Shown here: piece after piece, positions 62,623 through 64,000 of the stretch
Layout: each line of letters begins with the position of its first letter
Numbering within the stretch: position 1 is the first letter of the stretch
Assembly: GCA_963793865.1 (NCBI GenBank)
Contig: CAWCBP010000008.1
Location: 1-64,000 of the forward strand
DNA: 64,000 bases
From: an uncultured delta proteobacterium
GTDB lineage: Bacteria > Desulfobacterota > WTBG01
Direction of reading: 5' to 3'
The notes under the pieces: model-generated
Database searches by the model: none
Told to the model about the DNA's origin: nothing
Seen by the model: only the letters and a program-made list of their open reading frames with translations
Position numbers and translations under genes: made by a program

Positions 62623-62738
62623 ATATCAGATCCTATTTTCTCTTAACGGTTTGACACAGTTCCTTTCCTGCAGAACTGTCAGGTCCTGCAACGCCTTAAT
62701 AATCACAGCAATTCCGCTGATAAAAGGCGGATTTATAA

Positions 62739-62767
62739 TTGACATAGCCCGGTCTTTTTTTTATAGT
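62739..62767 (+). promoter_or_regulatory. Sigma-70 promoter
   Basis: TTGACA-17 nt-TATAGT upstream of the Nif3-like gene. Confidence 0.7.
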
Positions 62768-62830
62768 GCAAGCCTGACATAGGCGAAACTTTACCTCCGC
62801 AAGAACCTAAACGCTGTGAGGCGGTATCCG

Positions 62831-63589
62831 GTGGAACTGAGACACATAACCAGCTATCTTGACAACTTCCTCGCCATTGCGGAATACAGCGACGATTCGC
62901 TCAACGGGCTTCAGGTAGAGAACAGCGGGAAGATCACAAAAATCGGCCTGGCGGTTGATGCCTGCCAGGAGGCCATAGGGAAGGCAAGGGATGCGGGCTG
63001 CAACCTGCTCATTGTGCACCATGGCCTTTTGTGGGGGAAGCAGCAGCCCCTCAGGTATCATTATTATGAGCGCGTCAGGTCTTTGATTATGGCCGACATG
63101 GCGCTCTATGCGGCCCATTTGCCTCTCGACGGCCACCCCGATGTGGGCCACAACATCCGGATTGCCCGCGCAATGGATTTGCAGCCGTTAGAGCCGTTTG
63201 TGCACTACTCCGGCAGTCCCCTGGGCATAAAGGGCAGGCTGCATAAGGCCCGGGCATGTGACCAGGTGTGCCATGAAGTTAAAGAGGTGATCGGAGGCTG
63301 CAGCGCTTTGATCACCTGCGGGCCGGCCATGATTTCCTCGGTTGCGATCGTTTCGGGATCTGCCACCTTTCCGGAACTGCTCTGGGAACTCAAGCGCCAG
63401 GAAATAGACCTGTACATCACCGGTGAGCCGAAGCATGGGGCGTACCATCTTGCCCGGGAGCTTGGCCTTAATATATTTTACGGCGGGCATTACCGGACCG
63501 AGACATTCGGCATGAAGGCCCTGGGAGAGCACCTGGAAGAAAAAATCGGCATCCCCTGGGAGTTTATCGACGCCCCCTGCGCGCTATAA
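62831..63589 (+). CDS. Nif3-like dinuclear metal center hexameric protein (YbgI/DUF34)
   Basis: NGLQVE, VHHG, AHLPLD.H, ITGE, GGHYRTE. Confidence 0.92.
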   Translation: MELRHITSYLDNFLAIAEYSDDSLNGLQVENSGKITKIGLAVDACQEAIGKARDAGCNLLIVHHGLLWGKQQPLRYHYYERVRSLIMADMALYAAHLPLDGHPDVGHNIRIARAMDLQPLEPFVHYSGSPLGIKGRLHKARACDQVCHEVKEVIGGCSALITCGPAMISSVAIVSGSATFPELLWELKRQEIDLYITGEPKHGAYHLARELGLNIFYGGHYRTETFGMKALGEHLEEKIGIPWEFIDAPCAL

Positions 63590-63601
63590 ATGCCAGGTTG
63601 T

Positions 63602-63653
63602 GGTGGGAGCGGCTTTAAGCCGCGAATGCATCGCGCCTAAAGGCGCTCCTACC
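63602..63653. repeat. REP-like family B
   Basis: ggtgggagcggctttaagccgcgaatgcatcgcgcctaaaggcgctcctacc. Confidence 0.85.
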
Positions 63654-63718
63654 AAAATTTCCAATATGTTTGGCTGGTAGTTTTAAAAAATCAGTTTAAA
63701 GCTATTCAGGATAGTTGA

Positions 63719-64000
63719 ATGAATGTTGGGCAGTTATTAAGCGAAACAGCTTCAAGCGTCCCCGGCAAGACAGCGGTGATTTTCAAGGAAGAGAAGATTA
63801 CCTATGCTGACCTGGAGCTGATGGCTACCAGGCTGGCGAACAAGCTGCGGGTCTGCGGGGTAATCCAGGGAGACCGGGTGGCCATCGTGTTGCCCAATTC
63901 TTCGCAGTGGGTGGTATCCTATCTGGCCGTGATGAAACTTGGCGCCGTTGCTGTGCCGCTTGATTTCAGATTCAAGGAGGAGGAGCTGGTTCCCATTTTC
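63719..64000 (+). CDS. AMP-binding (acyl-CoA ligase-like) enzyme, partial
   Basis: MNVGQLL..KTAVIF..ITYADL..GDRVAIVLPNS..KLGAVAVPL; runs off the window. Confidence 0.85.
   Translation, partial: MNVGQLLSETASSVPGKTAVIFKEEKITYADLELMATRLANKLRVCGVIQGDRVAIVLPNSSQWVVSYLAVMKLGAVAVPLDFRFKEEELVPIF

Overview
The window appears to hold two unrelated sequences joined at about 10,170. Bases 1-10,170 are indel-rich and Anaerolineae/Chloroflexota-like. They carry two acyltransferases, a PilZ protein, a thiolase, and a multiheme cytochrome c / cytochrome b / Rieske / split cytochrome b6-subunit IV respiratory cluster that is cut off mid-gene. Bases 10,170-64,000 look like a deltaproteobacterial (Desulfobacterota-type) chromosome. 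They carry an rpoH-dnaJ-moxR-bat operon, hisBHAFI-pdxA, tRNA-Ala(CGC), a ParB-like/spore-photoproduct-lyase-like pair, panBC, udg, coaBC, hflX, miaA, apt, an NCS2 permease, MarR and a STAND-type nucleotide cyclase, plus many dispersed REP/MITE-like repeats. The most notable region is a co-oriented 13.5-kb cluster (46,659-60,116): MMPL/RND transporter, divergent nucleoside phosphorylase, MtnA-like isomerase, cobalamin-dependent radical SAM enzyme, degenerate MtnA/eIF2B-like small subunit, class II aldolase probably fused to SCP2, aldehyde dehydrogenase, two LolA-like proteins, a DUF1302-like outer-membrane barrel and a DUF2284-like metal protein. Its enzyme set mirrors the DHAP-shunt/fluoroacetate route, with a B12-radical SAM enzyme and lipid-handling parts added. 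I infer an uncharacterised pathway for a 5'-modified, probably hydrophobic, nucleoside. All assignments come from motif recognition by eye; no searches were run.
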